Source: Octopus vulgaris
Taxonomy: Eukaryota
DNA: 64,000 bases
Reading direction: 5' to 3'
Assembly: GCA_951406725.2 (NCBI GenBank)
Contig: OX597828.1
Span: 39,060,001-39,124,000, forward strand
Below, piece by piece: positions 22,940 to 36,836 of the stretch (position 1 is its first letter; each line of letters opens with the position of its first letter). Below the pieces are notes generated by a model. The model was not told the origin of the DNA. It saw nothing but the letters and a program-made list of their open reading frames with translations, and did not search any database. The position numbers and the translations under genes are program-made.

Positions 22940-25900
22940 ACTTAGATGGCCAGTAAATCACATACTGGAGGTAGAGGTATCTTAATAAACGACCGTCCAC
23001 TTTTCCTCACCAGGAATTGAGATATCTTAGACACTACATCATATTAAATGATCTACATGGCTATGTGATAAGAAGCTTGCTTCCCAACTACATGGTTCCA
23101 GGTTCAATCTTACTGCATGGCACCTTGAGCAAATGTCTTCTACTATAGCCTTGGGCTGACCAAAGCCTTGTGAGTGGATTTGGTAGATGGAAACTGGAAG
23201 AAGCCCATTGTATATTTATGTGTGGTTGTGGATAGGTATCTTTGTGTCTGTGTCTCCCACCACTTGACAACTGGTGCTGGTGTGCTTATGTCCCTGTAAC
23301 TTAGCAGTTCGGCAAAAGAGACCAATAAAATAAGCACCAGGCTCAAAAAAAAAAAAATCCTGGAGTCAGTTCATTTGAGTAAAACTTTTCAAGGTGGTGC
23401 CCCAGTATGGCCACTGACAAATGACTGAAACCAGTAAAAGGTAAACAGTGTTTAGTTTTTGTTCCTCTATGTCTCATGATCAAATTCTGCTGTAGCTAAC
23501 TTCATTTTATCCCTGGTCAATGTAGCAAATACCTGTTATGTGTTTAGGGTCAATTATATTGCACCGTAGAGATTATGGACATTGAGAGTAATCAGTGTAC
23601 TTTAGTACTTTGATTTCCAGCATAGGTTCAATACCACAGATATTTGGGCAGTGGGTAAAATCAATTATGCCAACCCTAGTCCTTCACTGCTTCTTATTTT
23701 GTCAACTATATAGTAGGATTTGAACTCAGAGCACAAACGGATGTAACAAAAGCATTTATATTTTAGCACGTTTGAACAAACTCTTTGTGTGTGTTTCTTC
23801 CAAGATAAATTTAAGTCTTATATAAAATTTTTTTGTCTTTTGTCAGAAATGTTTAATTACAATTTGATGTAATTCCTTTATTATGTTTATTAGGTGTTGA
23901 AGCCCATCCTGCAACAACAGCCCAAGGTTGTTTCCAATGGCTGCTGTTGAATTTAATCACACTTTCATTTATAGAGTGATAGTGGAAGGAAGGGAAATAA
24001 AACCAACAAAAATAGAAACCAAAGCCTCATTGACTGCATTTATTTTTCCACATAGTTACTAATGTAGTTAATAGTCAAGATAGTTGCAGTTTGGATTTCC
24101 TTATGCTCTATCTAATTCTATTGATTGTTTAGTACCAGGTCAGCCTGATAAGCAGATCTGTGATTAAAATCTAGCTATGGCCAGACATTCTTTCTAAGAC
24201 TGTAGCCTTCCTTTTTTGGTAGATAATGGGATTTGACTGCTATTTCTAGCAGGTTAAGTGATGACATGAAGGCTTCACTTGTTAGTTTGTTTGTCTATTG
24301 GTTGTTTAGTACCAGGTCAGCCTGATAAAGCAGGCTTATGTCTAGAGGTTCTCATCTCTCACTCTGAAATATCTTTTTTGGTTTGGAAAATTTTTTTTGA
24401 AATAACCCTACAATTACCTCTGTAGACTTGGGTGTGTGTATGTCACATGGGGTGTCAGGAATGAAGGCTCTTGTTGCCAGGAATGTGGCATAAGCAAATT
24501 TAAAGACATCTTCACAACTATTACTGATTAAGATGATGATTTGTGACTTAAGAACCAAGTACACAAATTTTCTAGGAAAAGAGCTCTGTGCTTGATTGGT
24601 CCTTATTGACCCATCAACACATTTCCACCGTCTCTTTTGTAAATTGAACAGCAAAGCCAGTTTCAAGTGTTTTAGAAATGGTTATTTTAATTAAATTCAT
24701 ATCCTAAAAACATGAGTTCATATTTCTTGTTCCAATGTCTGTGTGTAGCTAGAAGAATACTATCTGTGATAGACACTAATGTACCACGGATATGTCTCAC
24801 TAGTGCTGGCAAGGATATGTCTGTCTCTATCTACGAAATGTCCCTGATTGACAGCTGATAGACATAACCTTGCTTTATGAATTGTCATTCTTTTAATTTT
24901 TACCAAAATGTGAAGTGTGATTGGATTTGTTTGATACTTAGAGGAATCCAACTAGACACCCAGCTATTATCTTTGTAAATAATTTTTCAATTTTTCTCGT
25001 GACAAAGTGTCATAACAACAGAGAAAAGTGTGTGTTTTCTTTAAAATGAACATCAGAAATAAGTTTTTTTCGTGTCTTTCTTTCAGATTAAAGTCAAAAC
25101 TTAATTGCCATTATTTAAGATACTAATTTAATTATCTCTTGCAACAAGCTACATTGCGTCTGTTTGAACTTACGAGTTGTTGATAGAAATGACAGACTTG
25201 TTGAAATTAAACTTCTGAAAATAGTAACTAAATAATGTTTAACTTGTTCATGGAATCTATTTAAGAGTTTTTTTTTATTTTTGTTTTTTTTTTTTCTCAT
25301 TTCCATATAGTAGGATTAGTAGAACATCAGTCAAATGCTTTTTGGCTTTTGATTCTGTCCATTGACATTCTAAGCTCAGATCCTACTGACTCAGTTTTGC
25401 CTTTTGTCCCAGGGACAATAAAATAAGTACCAGTGTGTATGTATTAGGGATTGATCTATATTCAACTATACTCTTGTAGTCAGTACTTCAGCATGGGCTC
25501 TGTGCAATAACCGGAAAGAGTAAAAAAAATATCAAAACATCTCACCAGGTTTATTTATTTATTTTTTTTGTGGTTTAAAAATATTCTACAATCTTATTGA
25601 TGACTTATAAAATAACTTCTAATAGCAATGAGTGAAGGCACGTGGCTTAGTGGTTATAGCAGAAGACACTTGCCCAAGATGCCACGCAGTGGGACTGAAC
25701 CCAGAACCATGTGGTTGGTTAGCAAGCTACTTACCACACAGCCACTCCTGTGCCTTGTAACTAAAATTTGCAATGCTCTAATTTTCAAATGATTTTGCCA
25801 ATGTACATGATCATAAGGTCATAAGTTCAGTTCCTGGAAGCATCTTGTGTCCTTGAGCAAGACACTTTATTTCATACTGCTTCAGTCCACTCAGCTGGCA

Positions 25901-26713
25901 AAAATGTGCAGTACCTGTATTTCAAAGGGCCACTCTTGTCACACTCGGTATCACACTAAATCTCCCTGAGAAATACATTAAGGGTACATGTGGCCATGGA
26001 GTGCTCAGCCACATGCACATTAATCTCATGAGCAAACTGTTCTGTAGATCAGATCAACTAGAACTCTCATCATTGTAACTAACAAAGTGCCAGTTAATTG
26101 CAATGACTACTGTATTTATTAATGTTAAGGGAAACAGCTGGTTTGATATGTTTAAATCCAGTAGAGATATGACTTCTTTAATTAGCTGCACTGGTTAGTA
26201 GTTGTTGAATTAGTTTGTCAAGCAACTACAGCAGCTAGCTATAAACATTGTGCAAACTATGAGAACATATTCAAGCTACAAATAAAGCAAGCAAGTAGTT
26301 TGTTTTATATGAGATTGAATTCTTTGCTGCTCTTGTTTCTTGCTGAGAAATTTATAAAGATTATATAACATGTATTAAGCTGTACATTGGCAAAATCATT
26401 TGAAAATTAGAGCATTGCAAATTTTACTTATAACTCTTTACATTCTGAGTTCAAATCTGGTCGAAGTTAATTTTGCCTTTCATCCTTTCAGGGTCAGTAT
26501 AATCAATAGGGCCGAGCACCAAAAGGCTAAGCACTTGACTATTTATCTGATGTAGTGCATGAATAAATAAATAGTTGTAATAGTAGTAGAAGTTGTAATG
26601 ATGACGATGATGATGGTTTAAATTTTGGCATAAGGCCAACAGTTTTAGGGGGAAGGAGATAGTCAATGTCATTAACCTTAGTATTTGACTGGTACTTTAT
26701 TATTTCAATCCCC

Positions 26714-26978
26714 CATCATCATCATTTAGCGTCTGTTTTCCATGCTAGCATGGGTTGGACGGCTTAACTGGGGTCTGTGAAGCCGGAAGGCTTCATCAGG
26801 CCCAGTCAGATTTGGCAGTGTTTCTACGGCTGGATGCCCTTCCTAATGCCAACCACTCCGTGAGTGTAGTGGGTGCTTTTTACGTGCCACCTGCACAGGT
26901 GCCAGACAGAGCTGGCAAACGGCCACGAACGGATGGTGCTTTTACGTGCTACCGGCACGGGGGCCAGGCGAGGCTGGC
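26714..26978 (-). mobile_element. Family-D retroposon (RTE-type, (GAT)n tail)
   Basis: Minus strand carries GTTGGCATTAGGAAGGGCATCCAGCCGTAGAAAC..CATGGAAAACAGACGCTAAATGATGATG. Other copies at 9690-9852, 28428-28663, 30385-30565(-), 35310-35500(-) and 53620-53725(-). Confidence 0.75.
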
Positions 26979-26989
26979 AAATAATAATA

Positions 26990-28167
26990 ATTATTATTAT
27001 TTCAAATTTTTGCCACAAGGGCAGCTCGGAGGAGGTGGGGATGAGTCAGTTACCCGCATCCCCCACCCCTGGTGTTCCCTTGGCGGAATTTGAACTCAGA
27101 ACGTAGCGATGGGCAAAATACTGCTAAGCATTTTGTCTAATGATTCTCTGCACTAACAATTCTGCCAGCGCACCACCTTAATGATGATGATGATGATGAT
27201 AATTCCGCCGAGGTCGACTTTGCCTTTCATCCTTTCGGGGTTGATAAATTAAGTACCAGTTACGCACTGGGGTCGATGTAATCGACTTAATCCCTTTGTC
27301 TGTCCTTGTTTGTCCCCTCTATGTTTAGCCCCTTGTGGGTAATAAAGAAACAGATAATAATAATCTTTTCTACTATAGGCACAAGGCCTGGAATTTGTGG
27401 GGAGGGGCATAATAGATTACATTGACCGTAGTACTTGACTGGTACTTAATTTATCGACCCCGAAAGGATGAAAGACAAAGTCAACCTTGGCAGAATTTGA
27501 ACGCATTACATAGCAATGGGCAAAATACTCCTAAGCATTTTGTCCAGCGTGCTAACGATTCTGTTAGCTTGCCGCCTTTCATAATAATAATATTAATCTT
27601 TATAATTAGCACAAGGCCTGAATATTGGGGGAGGGAGGAAGGTTAATCAATTACATCAACCCCAGTGCTCAGCTGGTACTTAATTTATCGACCCCAAAAG
27701 GATGAAATGTGAAGCTGACCATGGCAGAATTTGAACTCAGAAGGTAAAGAGTGAGAAAACATGTTGTCCAACACACTAACCACTATAATAAAAATAATAA
27801 TAATAATAATCCTTTCTACTAAAGACACAAAGCCTGAAATTTAGGAGGAGGGGACTGGTTGATTACATTGACTCCAATATTTCACTGGTACTTAATTTAT
27901 CGACCCTGAAAGGATGAAATGCCGTTAAGCATTATCGCCTGGCATGCTAATTATTCTACATCATCATCATAATAATAATCCTTTCTACTATAGGCACAAG
28001 GCCTGAAATTTTTGGGGAGGAGGTTAGTTGATTACATCGACCCCCATGCAAACTGGTACCTATTTCATCAACCTTTAATAGGGTGAAAGGCAAAGCCAAC
28101 CTCGGTAGAATTTGAACTCAAAACATAAAGATGAACATTTCACCCAGCATGCTAATTATTCTAAATG

Positions 28168-28200
<33 letters not shown>

Positions 28201-28220
28201 GTAATAGTAATAATAACCTC
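26990..28220. mobile_element. Dense cluster of at least six family-C SINE copies or fragments separated by (AAT)n/(GAT)n
   Basis: Repeated GCACAAGGCCTGAA..GGTACTTAATTTATCGACCC..GGATGAAAG blocks on the minus strand plus one + copy at 27203-27352. Similar clusters at 19905-20512 and 53155-53880. Confidence 0.85.
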
Positions 28221-30588
28221 GTAGAGCATTTGATTAATTCATTCTCTGTAAGAACACATTTTTTTCTTTACTTTAAAATAATTCTAGCTTTTATAAAACT
28301 CTAAAGAAATATAGGTGTTTGATTACTCATTGATCTCAATTTCAACCAAGACAGTTTCATTCACCTTCAGTGCTGTCATAATCATGCATGTGCTCTTACT
28401 CAATGCATTTATATACATATAAATGCAGGTGGCATGTAAAAAGCACCATCTTTTTGTGGTCGATGCCAGCGCCACCTGACTGGCTCCTCTGCCAGTGGCA
28501 CATACAAAGCACCCGCTACACTCTCGGAGTTGTTGGCGTTAGTGAGAGCATCCAGCTGTAGAAACCTTGGAGCCTGTTGAGGCCTCCTGACTTGTCAGTC
28601 CCCAGTCAAACCATCCAACCCATACCAACATGGAAAATGGATGTTAAACGATGACGATGATGATATTTTATCTTCAATCATTTGAAGAAGTACACATGAC
28701 ATTTATAAGTAGATTCTCAATCTGCCAGAAATAGCAGCCAATATCCCTCAAAACACACTAACTATTTAAAGATGGAAGCACACATTGCTCAACGTGGTTC
28801 CAGATACAATATATTTTGAAAAAAGAAACTTGTATTGCTATCACTAGAATGCTTTGATAGTATGAATAACCTGGGGCTATGCAGTGAGGAATGGATTGAC
28901 TACTACATATTCAATAAATAAAATTTAGTAAGTATTAATAAGTTGTGTGTGCATCAGGTGGGCTGAAACAGAAGTTGTAAAGAGTTAGTTTGCTTATAAA
29001 AGAGCAGCTGACTTTGGAGAAAGAGTTGGGGGGAAAAAAAACTATGAGAAAACAAGTGTGTCTGTAGGTTCATGGTTATAATATGGTCTTTCAGTATATG
29101 TAAGCTGCACATGCATGAAGGGTTAGAAGACTCTGTAAGAAAATATTACCCTAATTTAAATAATGCAAGAAAGCTCTATACAGTTGGATCCTGTTGTATA
29201 AGTTTGAAGTTTTTATTTATTTAATAATTTCATGTATTATTATTATAAAGTATAATATCATAAATTATCTGTATTTAGATGCTTCCTTTTTCCATCTAAA
29301 GGTCATACTTATTTCTTTCACTTCTACTTTATAATTTTGTATTCCCCTTCTTCCTTAATTTTTAATCTAATTTTCAAACATTATTAATGAAATTAAGTTT
29401 CAACAAAATCAATATTTTGTTAATGAGACACAAGTTTATTGACATAACCAGAACATTATTCTAACTGCCTTGGTGTGTAAAAGTGTCTACTACTTTGCTG
29501 TATAACATATCTCTCGACAAGGCCAATGTAAGAATCTTTAGGTGGGCACTTGACCTGTTAGAAATAGCAGTCAAGTTCCCTGCAAATCACATTTAAAAAA
29601 AAAATTGGAAAGAAATGTTGTTTCCCAAGATGCATAATATCTGAAATAAGACAAAGGGGCCTGGGCAAGATCACCTTTGATAATGAAGTCTTTTCAATTA
29701 GGGTTGATTTGGAGTGTGAGACGCGAAGTTCACTTAATATCTCATCTATTGTTAATGCCCCTTATGGATGGATATGAACAGCATATCTTCCATTTCTTTA
29801 CCACTGAGAGGCCTTGTGCTTGTCTCAGAATCTGTAATGTTAGGTGATGTATATGATTTCTTTGTTGGCAGAAGCAGCAGCTTATCTAGAATTTCATCAA
29901 TACCAAATTAATACATTTGAAAATAACAAGGCCCAAGTCTCATTTTTTTCTCCTCTTTACCATACTCTCTCTCTATGTGTATGCCTCTTTCGGTTCTTAG
30001 TGCATTGACTTCCCTTGGAATATTATATGCAGCAGCCATTGCAAACGATGCTGCTGCTGCTGCTAGCAATTGTAAATGTGAACTGGTTTTAACTCTTTGA
30101 CAACAGGATCTATAGTTAGGAGCAGTCATAGGTAGGTAGTAGGCATTAGCTGCAGGCAACTGAATAATTGCCAATAAAATTTCACAGTTAGAATAGTTAT
30201 ATATCCTTTAGGCATTACATGTTCTATATAAAGTGCTAGATTATGAATGCTAGAGGGAATTAGTAACATTAACATTCATATTGCAAAGAGAATACACACA
30301 CACGGATGCACACACACACACACGGATGCACACACACACACACGGATGCACACACACACACACACATATAATGTATGTATATATATCATCATCATCACCA
30401 TCACCATCATTTAGCATCTGCATTCCATGCAGGTATGGGTTAGATAGTTTGACTGGAACTGACAAGCCAGAGAGCTGCACCAGGTTTCAGTCTGATTTGG
30501 ATGTCTTTCCCTAATGCCAACCTTTCTGAAAGTGTAAAGGGTGTTTTTCATGTGCCACCGGCACATTATACACATATGGTATTATATA

Positions 30589-31894
30589 CAGGGTGCAATG
30601 GGTAAATTGTTGCGAATTTATATTTTTAATTTTGTGAATACTCATTGTTTGTTTTTGATTTTGTCGACTACACAGTATAGTAGGGTCAGTTGGGCACTGT
30701 CTGTGAGAAAAACAGCACCATGATGCAATTTGCTTTGCCTCTAATTTGGAAACGACATGCTGTACTGCTTGGTATTCATCCCAGAAGCTCCAGTACAAAC
30801 ACTTTAGAATGTTTGGGTGTCAAATCTGAGGACAGTGCAAAGGATTCACAAAGAGTTGGAGAAGTCTAATGGTGACTACAAAGGTACAGCAGCTTGGAAA
30901 ACTCACTCTGATTGTTCTGATAAGAAAAGAACTCCTGAATTTGTTGGTGAGATCCAGGCCATAATTGACAACGATCTCGCCAAGTCAATCAGGTCCATCA
31001 CCAGGGACATAGGAGTGTCTGAGTTTCTTATCAAGCAGGTAGTGCATGAAGACATTTGATATTTCTCATACAAGGTGAGAAAGGGCCAATTTTTATCCCA
31101 AGCCATCAAAAACAAGAGGAAAGACCATGCCACAAAACTTTTGAACAAACTCAAGCATCCCCTCCAACCAAACATGCTTTGGTTTTTCTCAGATGAGAAA
31201 AGTTTCTGCCAGGATTAGATAGTGAACACACAGAACAACTGTTGGCTTGCTGTGTCTCTAAAACATGTACCAAGAGTAATAAAAATCAAACATCCAGTCA
31301 ACATCATGGTGTTTGGAGTGATCACTAGTGATGATGACATTATACCTCCATTCATCTTCCCACATGACCCCAGACTCAACATGGAGGCCTACATCAGGTA
31401 TCTGGAGGAGGTAGTGCTACCCTGGTTCAAGAGGGTGGCTGCTGGAAGGCCCTACGTCTAGCAACAGGACTCTGCACCATGTCACACAAGCAGGAGAACC
31501 CAATCATGGCTGTCAGATAATTTCTGTGACCACATCCGCCCTAACATCTGGCCACCTAATTCCCCAAACCGCAGCCCCATTTGATTATGGTGTGTGGGGT
31601 GCAGTTGAGTGAGAGGCCAACAAAACTCCTTGTAACACCAAAGACGAACTGAAGGCAAGGATTATTGCACTATTCACCAACATAAACAAGGAGACTGTCC
31701 AGAAGAGTGGCAGGAGATTCGGAAGTTGTCTAGAGACCGTGATTGAAGCCAATGGCGATTTTATTGAATAAACTTACTCTTTTGTATTTCAAGATATTTT
31801 TATGTGATTTTGGTAAATATATCTGCTAAAATGAGATGTTAGTGTTATTTTCATTTTTGCATAATTTAGACAACAGTTTATTCACTGCACCCTG
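30589..31894 (+). mobile_element. Full-length decayed Tc1/mariner element, DD37D (maT-type)
   Basis: TA target duplications; imperfect TIRs CAGGGTGCAATGGGTAAATTGTTG / CAACAGTTTATTCACTGCACCCTG; 1306 bp long with internal transposase remnants. Confidence 0.9.
30817..31770 (+). pseudogene. DD37D transposase pseudogene with stops and frameshifts
   Basis: Motifs WFFSDEK, HPVNIMVFGVITSD, QQDSAPCHTS and WPPNSP..(L)DY. There are 37 residues between the second and third Asp once a 1-nt frameshift near 31580 is corrected; in-frame TAG codons are present. Confidence 0.88.
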
Positions 31895-33917
31895 TAAATA
31901 TGTATATTTTATCTTTTATTATACACACACACACACACACATACATATATATATTATATACACACACACACACACAATGGGCTTCTTTCACTGGGACTTA
32001 ATCTAGAACCATGTGGTTGGGAAGCAAGCTTCTTACCACACAGCCATGACTACACACACACATGTATGTGTGTGTAAGAGTATACATACACACATACGTG
32101 CAGACAGACATATATTGATGTATATTTAGGTGTATATACATATATGTGTGTCTTTTTATAAAAGTGTTTATATTTTGTGCTTCATGTAAAGATGCATTAG
32201 ATAAATAAATGTTTGTTGACACACCCTGTCAACAAAATTGGCAAAGACAGTCAGAATAAGGATAAAATCTCTTGATAAACAGGTAAGAGTTTGTGACAGG
32301 AAGTGTATCTGGCTATAAACCAATGCTTTGTTAATATATATTTGTCCAACCCAAACTAGCATGTAAAAACAGACACAAAACAAACAAATGAATATTATAA
32401 TAAATATCTATTTTATGCAGAACACAGCATAAGTCAGAAGATATTACAAAACCTCACAGAGGGTGAAACGTACCCTTTCTATGCTATTGGTATAAAGAAT
32501 CAATGTGGTAGGGAGTCTCCTGACAGACTGTTTCATGATTTGTTGAGCACTCCACAGATAAGACATACTTTGCTTCCATCACATGTCAATACATGTTGGC
32601 TGCTGTATAATTCAGTTATGAATATGGCTAGCTCATTAGTGAATAGCCTAATTTGCATATTTGTGCTTATTTGAACTGCTTGTCATTAATTAAAAACTAT
32701 TTTATGCATAATATAGTATAAATTAGATCTGGAATAAATCTATATATTACAAAATCTTGTGAGTGAACTAAGAATGTAAACATTCTTTTTATGCTGTTGA
32801 TGTATGGAAAAAGAGTTGAGGAGTCTCTTGATGGACTGTTTCATAGTTTATTGGCCATTCTTCAGAGAATACATACTTGCCTTCTTTCTTTAGTCAATAA
32901 CACAGGTTAGTTGCCAAATAAAGCAGTTATAAATTAGGCTAGCACATTACTGGATAATAAATATTAAATGAAGTTTTAAAAAAAATGGAGAGTGATGTGG
33001 GATTAGTAATGATCCAGAGCCCTAGCAGGCAGTGGAAAATTTTATATATACATATATTTGATGGTAACAAAAAGAGTGATAGGTGGGTTATAAACGTATC
33101 TGTGCAGTTTTCTTTTGTCTTTGTTTCCAGTTTAAATGTTAGCTTTAAGAAAATATGTATTTTTACACATAGTATGATAAATTGCTTGTTAGCCACAATC
33201 AGATTAACAATAAATAACAATAACAAAGACAAATATCAACAATGTCAATAGACTTTGAAATGTCACTAAATCACTAAATATATAAACAAAACCAAATCAA
33301 ATATATAATGACTGCATCTATCCTTGTAAATTGTAAACCACAAACAAAGATATAATTTAAAAGCTTTTGCCTTTCCTGCAATGCTCAGCCAACATAATTT
33401 AAAAGACTGCCAAAATTTGTGGGTATTTCCAAATATACAATATAGGTAGTCCCTGCACCTGTAGTGTTCTGTAATATCTTGATGTGTGTGTGTATGTGTA
33501 ATTTTACTGACTTATGGCAACGGATTATTACAAAAGTGTAAAAGAAAGGGGGTGGGTTATGTTTTACTTATTCAGTCATTAGACTATGGTCATGCTGGGG
33601 CACCATCTTGAAGAATTTTTAGTCAAATGAATCAACCTCAGTACTTATCTAAAGCCTGATACTTTATTCTATCAGTTTCTATTACTAAACTACTAAGTTA
33701 CAGGGACATAAACACACCAACACCAGTTGTCAAGTGGTGCTGGGGTACATAGACACACACACACACACATAGATATAGATATATGTATGATGGGTTTCAT
33801 TCAGTTTCCATTGACCAAATCCACTTACAAAGCTTTGCTCAAGTCTGGTGGTTATGAAACAAGCTTCTTATCACAGTCATACCTATGCCCAAAATTTTAA
33901 GAAACACTAGTCTAGAA

Positions 33918-34263
33918 TAGGGGCCTCCAACCACCAAGTCATAGATCATTTGATACTGGGTCAACATTGGTGGCATGGAAAGGGAAGATTGGTATGCATG
34001 GATGACTGCCGGTCTTCTATAAAAAAAAAATTTTAAAAACCTTGCTTGGACTTGTGCCTTTGAGAGGAACTTTCTAGATGCAGTCCCATGGTCATTTGTG
34101 ACTGAAGCGGGGTCTTTATCATTTTTTTACACAGAAAGAATAGATTTTAAAATTTTATTTCTGTTTTATTGACTATCACAGTCTCTAAGGTGATATCCCA
34201 GTTTATGGGAAAATTGTCTTGCGTGAAACTGGTTCATAATATGAAAAAGGCTGGAGAATGCTG
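33918..34263 (+). mobile_element. MER1/Charlie-like hAT MITE with a nested SINE fragment (~33965-34120)
   Basis: Ends TAGGGGCCTCCAACC.. and ..GAAACTGGTTC..AAAAAGGCTGGAGAATGCTG; TSD-like GTCTAGAA / GCTTAGAG. The interior matches the reverse complement of the 21100-21250 SINE tail. Confidence 0.55.
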
Positions 34264-36084
34264 GCTTAGAGAACTGAGCATTTGATCAAATACTTTACTG
34301 TATCCTAATATCTACACCATACCATTCTGAGTTCAAGTTTTTCTACTGATGGTAAAAGAAATGCCAGTAATTAGCTAGTGTTACTTCAATCAGCTTCATG
34401 CATGTTACAAACTTGGCCTTTTATTCTGCCAGAAGAAAATAAATACTTATTAAAAGAAGTTTGATTATCATTCCTGGTGATGATTAAAATAGATTTCCAA
34501 AAATTTCTTTGAAGTTAAAACTTTAATTAGAATGTGATTAAGAATGAAAAACAAGCAAATGAAATAAATTAGAATTTTACATTTATATATAATAGATATA
34601 TATGAAAATATGTTCTTTGGAATTTAGTTTCAAATTCAATAATTAATTTAAATATAACTGTAATAAAATCCATTTTTCTCGTATTTTCAAGCTTTATGAT
34701 ATAACAACAAACATTGATAGTAGTGGTAGTTTAGCTCCAGGTCAACTTAGATCAATCAGACTTGTGATAAAGATATTCCAGCCATGCCCATCACATTTTT
34801 TCCTAGGCACTCTGCACTATGACCACATTATGCACTGTGTTTTCCTCTTCTAAAATGATAACTACTATTTCTGGCATGTGAAGCAACTGCACAGAGGTGC
34901 CCTTGAAACCAGTTACGTTGCTAAGTGAAAAATTCAATTTTACGTCATCATTTTAACATCCATAGTTGCATGGGTTAATAAGCATGGAGAAAGTGGGTGT
35001 TAAAATGAACTATTCTTAAAAAATAATAAAAACATACAACATCTTTATTGATTTCTTATTTAGTCTCAATATTAATTATTGAAACGAAGGAGTGTACGGG
35101 ATTGAATGTGATGACTCCAATGTATTTCTAGAACTTATTTTTATTGACGCAAGAAGAAAGGAAGTGTAGTGTTTACACTTAAGCAACATTTCAATATGGA
35201 GCCGAGAGAGAGAGAGAGAAATAAATGTTATTAAATGTTGTTGTTTTATTTCTCTGTTGACTCAGTCGTCTTCATCACTTCAACCAGAAAATTAGTGAGT
35301 AAAATGACTTCATCATCACCATCATCATCATTGCTATTTAATGTCCATTTTCCATGCTGGCATGGGTTGAATGGTTTGACAGGGTCTGGCAAACCAGAGG
35401 ACAGCACCCAGCTCTACTGCCTGCTTTGGCATGGTTTTTTTTATGACTGTATTCCCTTCCTAACACCAACAACTTTACAGAGTGGACTGGGTGCTTTTAT
35501 GTGGAAACTAGGATCAAGTTACCACCTGGCCACTAAATAACTTGGAAGACAAGACATATTCAGCTGAGGGAAGGAGTAGAATTGAGGGAGGTGGTTTTGT
35601 GCTAGGTGATGAGAGGTTGGAGTATGAACAGTAGGACAGAAATAGGTGTCTTGCAAATAGAGAAGTATGGCTGGCCCAGTTGGAAAAGTAGAAGGGTGAG
35701 AGAGAGAAAGAGTTGTGGCTGTTCTTTTACATCTTAGCTTGAAATTTGAAGTCAGTGTTGATGGTATTGGAGGTAAAAAAATGTAATTAAATACTACACG
35801 GTATTTGTTGCTCATCATCTTGGTTAATCTTCATTACTCTATAAGGAGCATAGATAGGGCTGGTGTCTCTGGAGTGTACATTCCTCTATGGATGGAACCT
35901 CAGTCCATTACAGGATTACTCATTTTTACCAGTGGAGTGGATTGGAGCAACACGAGATGAAGTATTTTGCTCAAGAACACAACACATCACCTGGTCCAGG
36001 AATGAAAACCACAATCATTGAATCATGAGTCCAACACCCTAACCACTAACCTAACCACTGTTCATAACTTTACTATTTCAATAA

Positions 36085-36455
36085 TGTGGAGGCGCAATGA
36101 CTCAATGGTTAGGGCAGCGGACTCGCGGTTATAGGATCACAGTGTTGATTCCCAGGCTGGGTGTTGTGAGTGTTTATTGAGCAAAAACACCTAAAGCTCC
36201 ACAAGGCTCCGGCAGGAAGTGGTGGTGAATCCTGCAGTATTCTTCCACCACAACTTTCTCTCACTCTTTCTTCCTGTTTCTGTTGTACCTGTATTTCAAA
36301 GGGGCAGCCTTGTCACACTCTGTGTCATGCTGAATCTCCCCAAGAACTACGTTAAGGGTACACGTGTCTGTGGAGTGCTCAGTCACTTGCATGTTAATTT
36401 CATGAGCAGGGTGTTCCGTTGATTGGATCAACTTGAACCCTCGTCATCGTAACTG
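36085..36455 (+). mobile_element. Family-B SINE, older copy
   Basis: Homologous to the 41451 and 46532 copies with CpG decay. Confidence 0.85.
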
Positions 36456-36836
36456 TCTCTATTTCCAGTTATAATTCCATTCACATTTAGAATACTTTAT
36501 AACAATATGAAATTGATTCTAGTACTTGATTGATACTTTATTTTCTCATTAACCCCGGGAAGACAAATAACAAAATTGATGTGAGCATGATGGAACTTAA
36601 AATGAAAAGACTATAACAAACTGCTACAGGTCCTTTGTATCTACCGACTATTGATTTTTAGCATTGAGGTAAGCCCAAAATTTTGTATGGAAGGCACAGG
36701 TAAATTGACCCTTAAGCTTTTGACTGGGTAACTCTATTTTATTGACTCCAGAAAAATGAAAGTCCAGAGCAACTTCGGCAGGGTTTGTGCAGAGAGCAAA
36801 TCATTGAGATAGTTTGACAATGAGCTTAAGCCATAA

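Noticed and set aside
23894-23926. AG/GT-bounded 33-nt segment (VLKPILQQQPK in phase 0)
   Set aside because: Weak donor (gttgtt) and an immediate stop in the phase-2 frame required within this intron.
24237-24252. GCTAGAAATAGCA matches the engineered Cas9 sgRNA repeat:anti-repeat tetraloop
   Set aside because: It is the P4-like hairpin of the multicopy family E; the flanking scaffold sequence (GTTTTAGA, AGTTAAAATAAGG) is absent, so the match is coincidental.
24352-24666. 104-aa minus-strand ORF in unique sequence
   Set aside because: Non-ATG start, no recognisable motif and no supporting splice structure.
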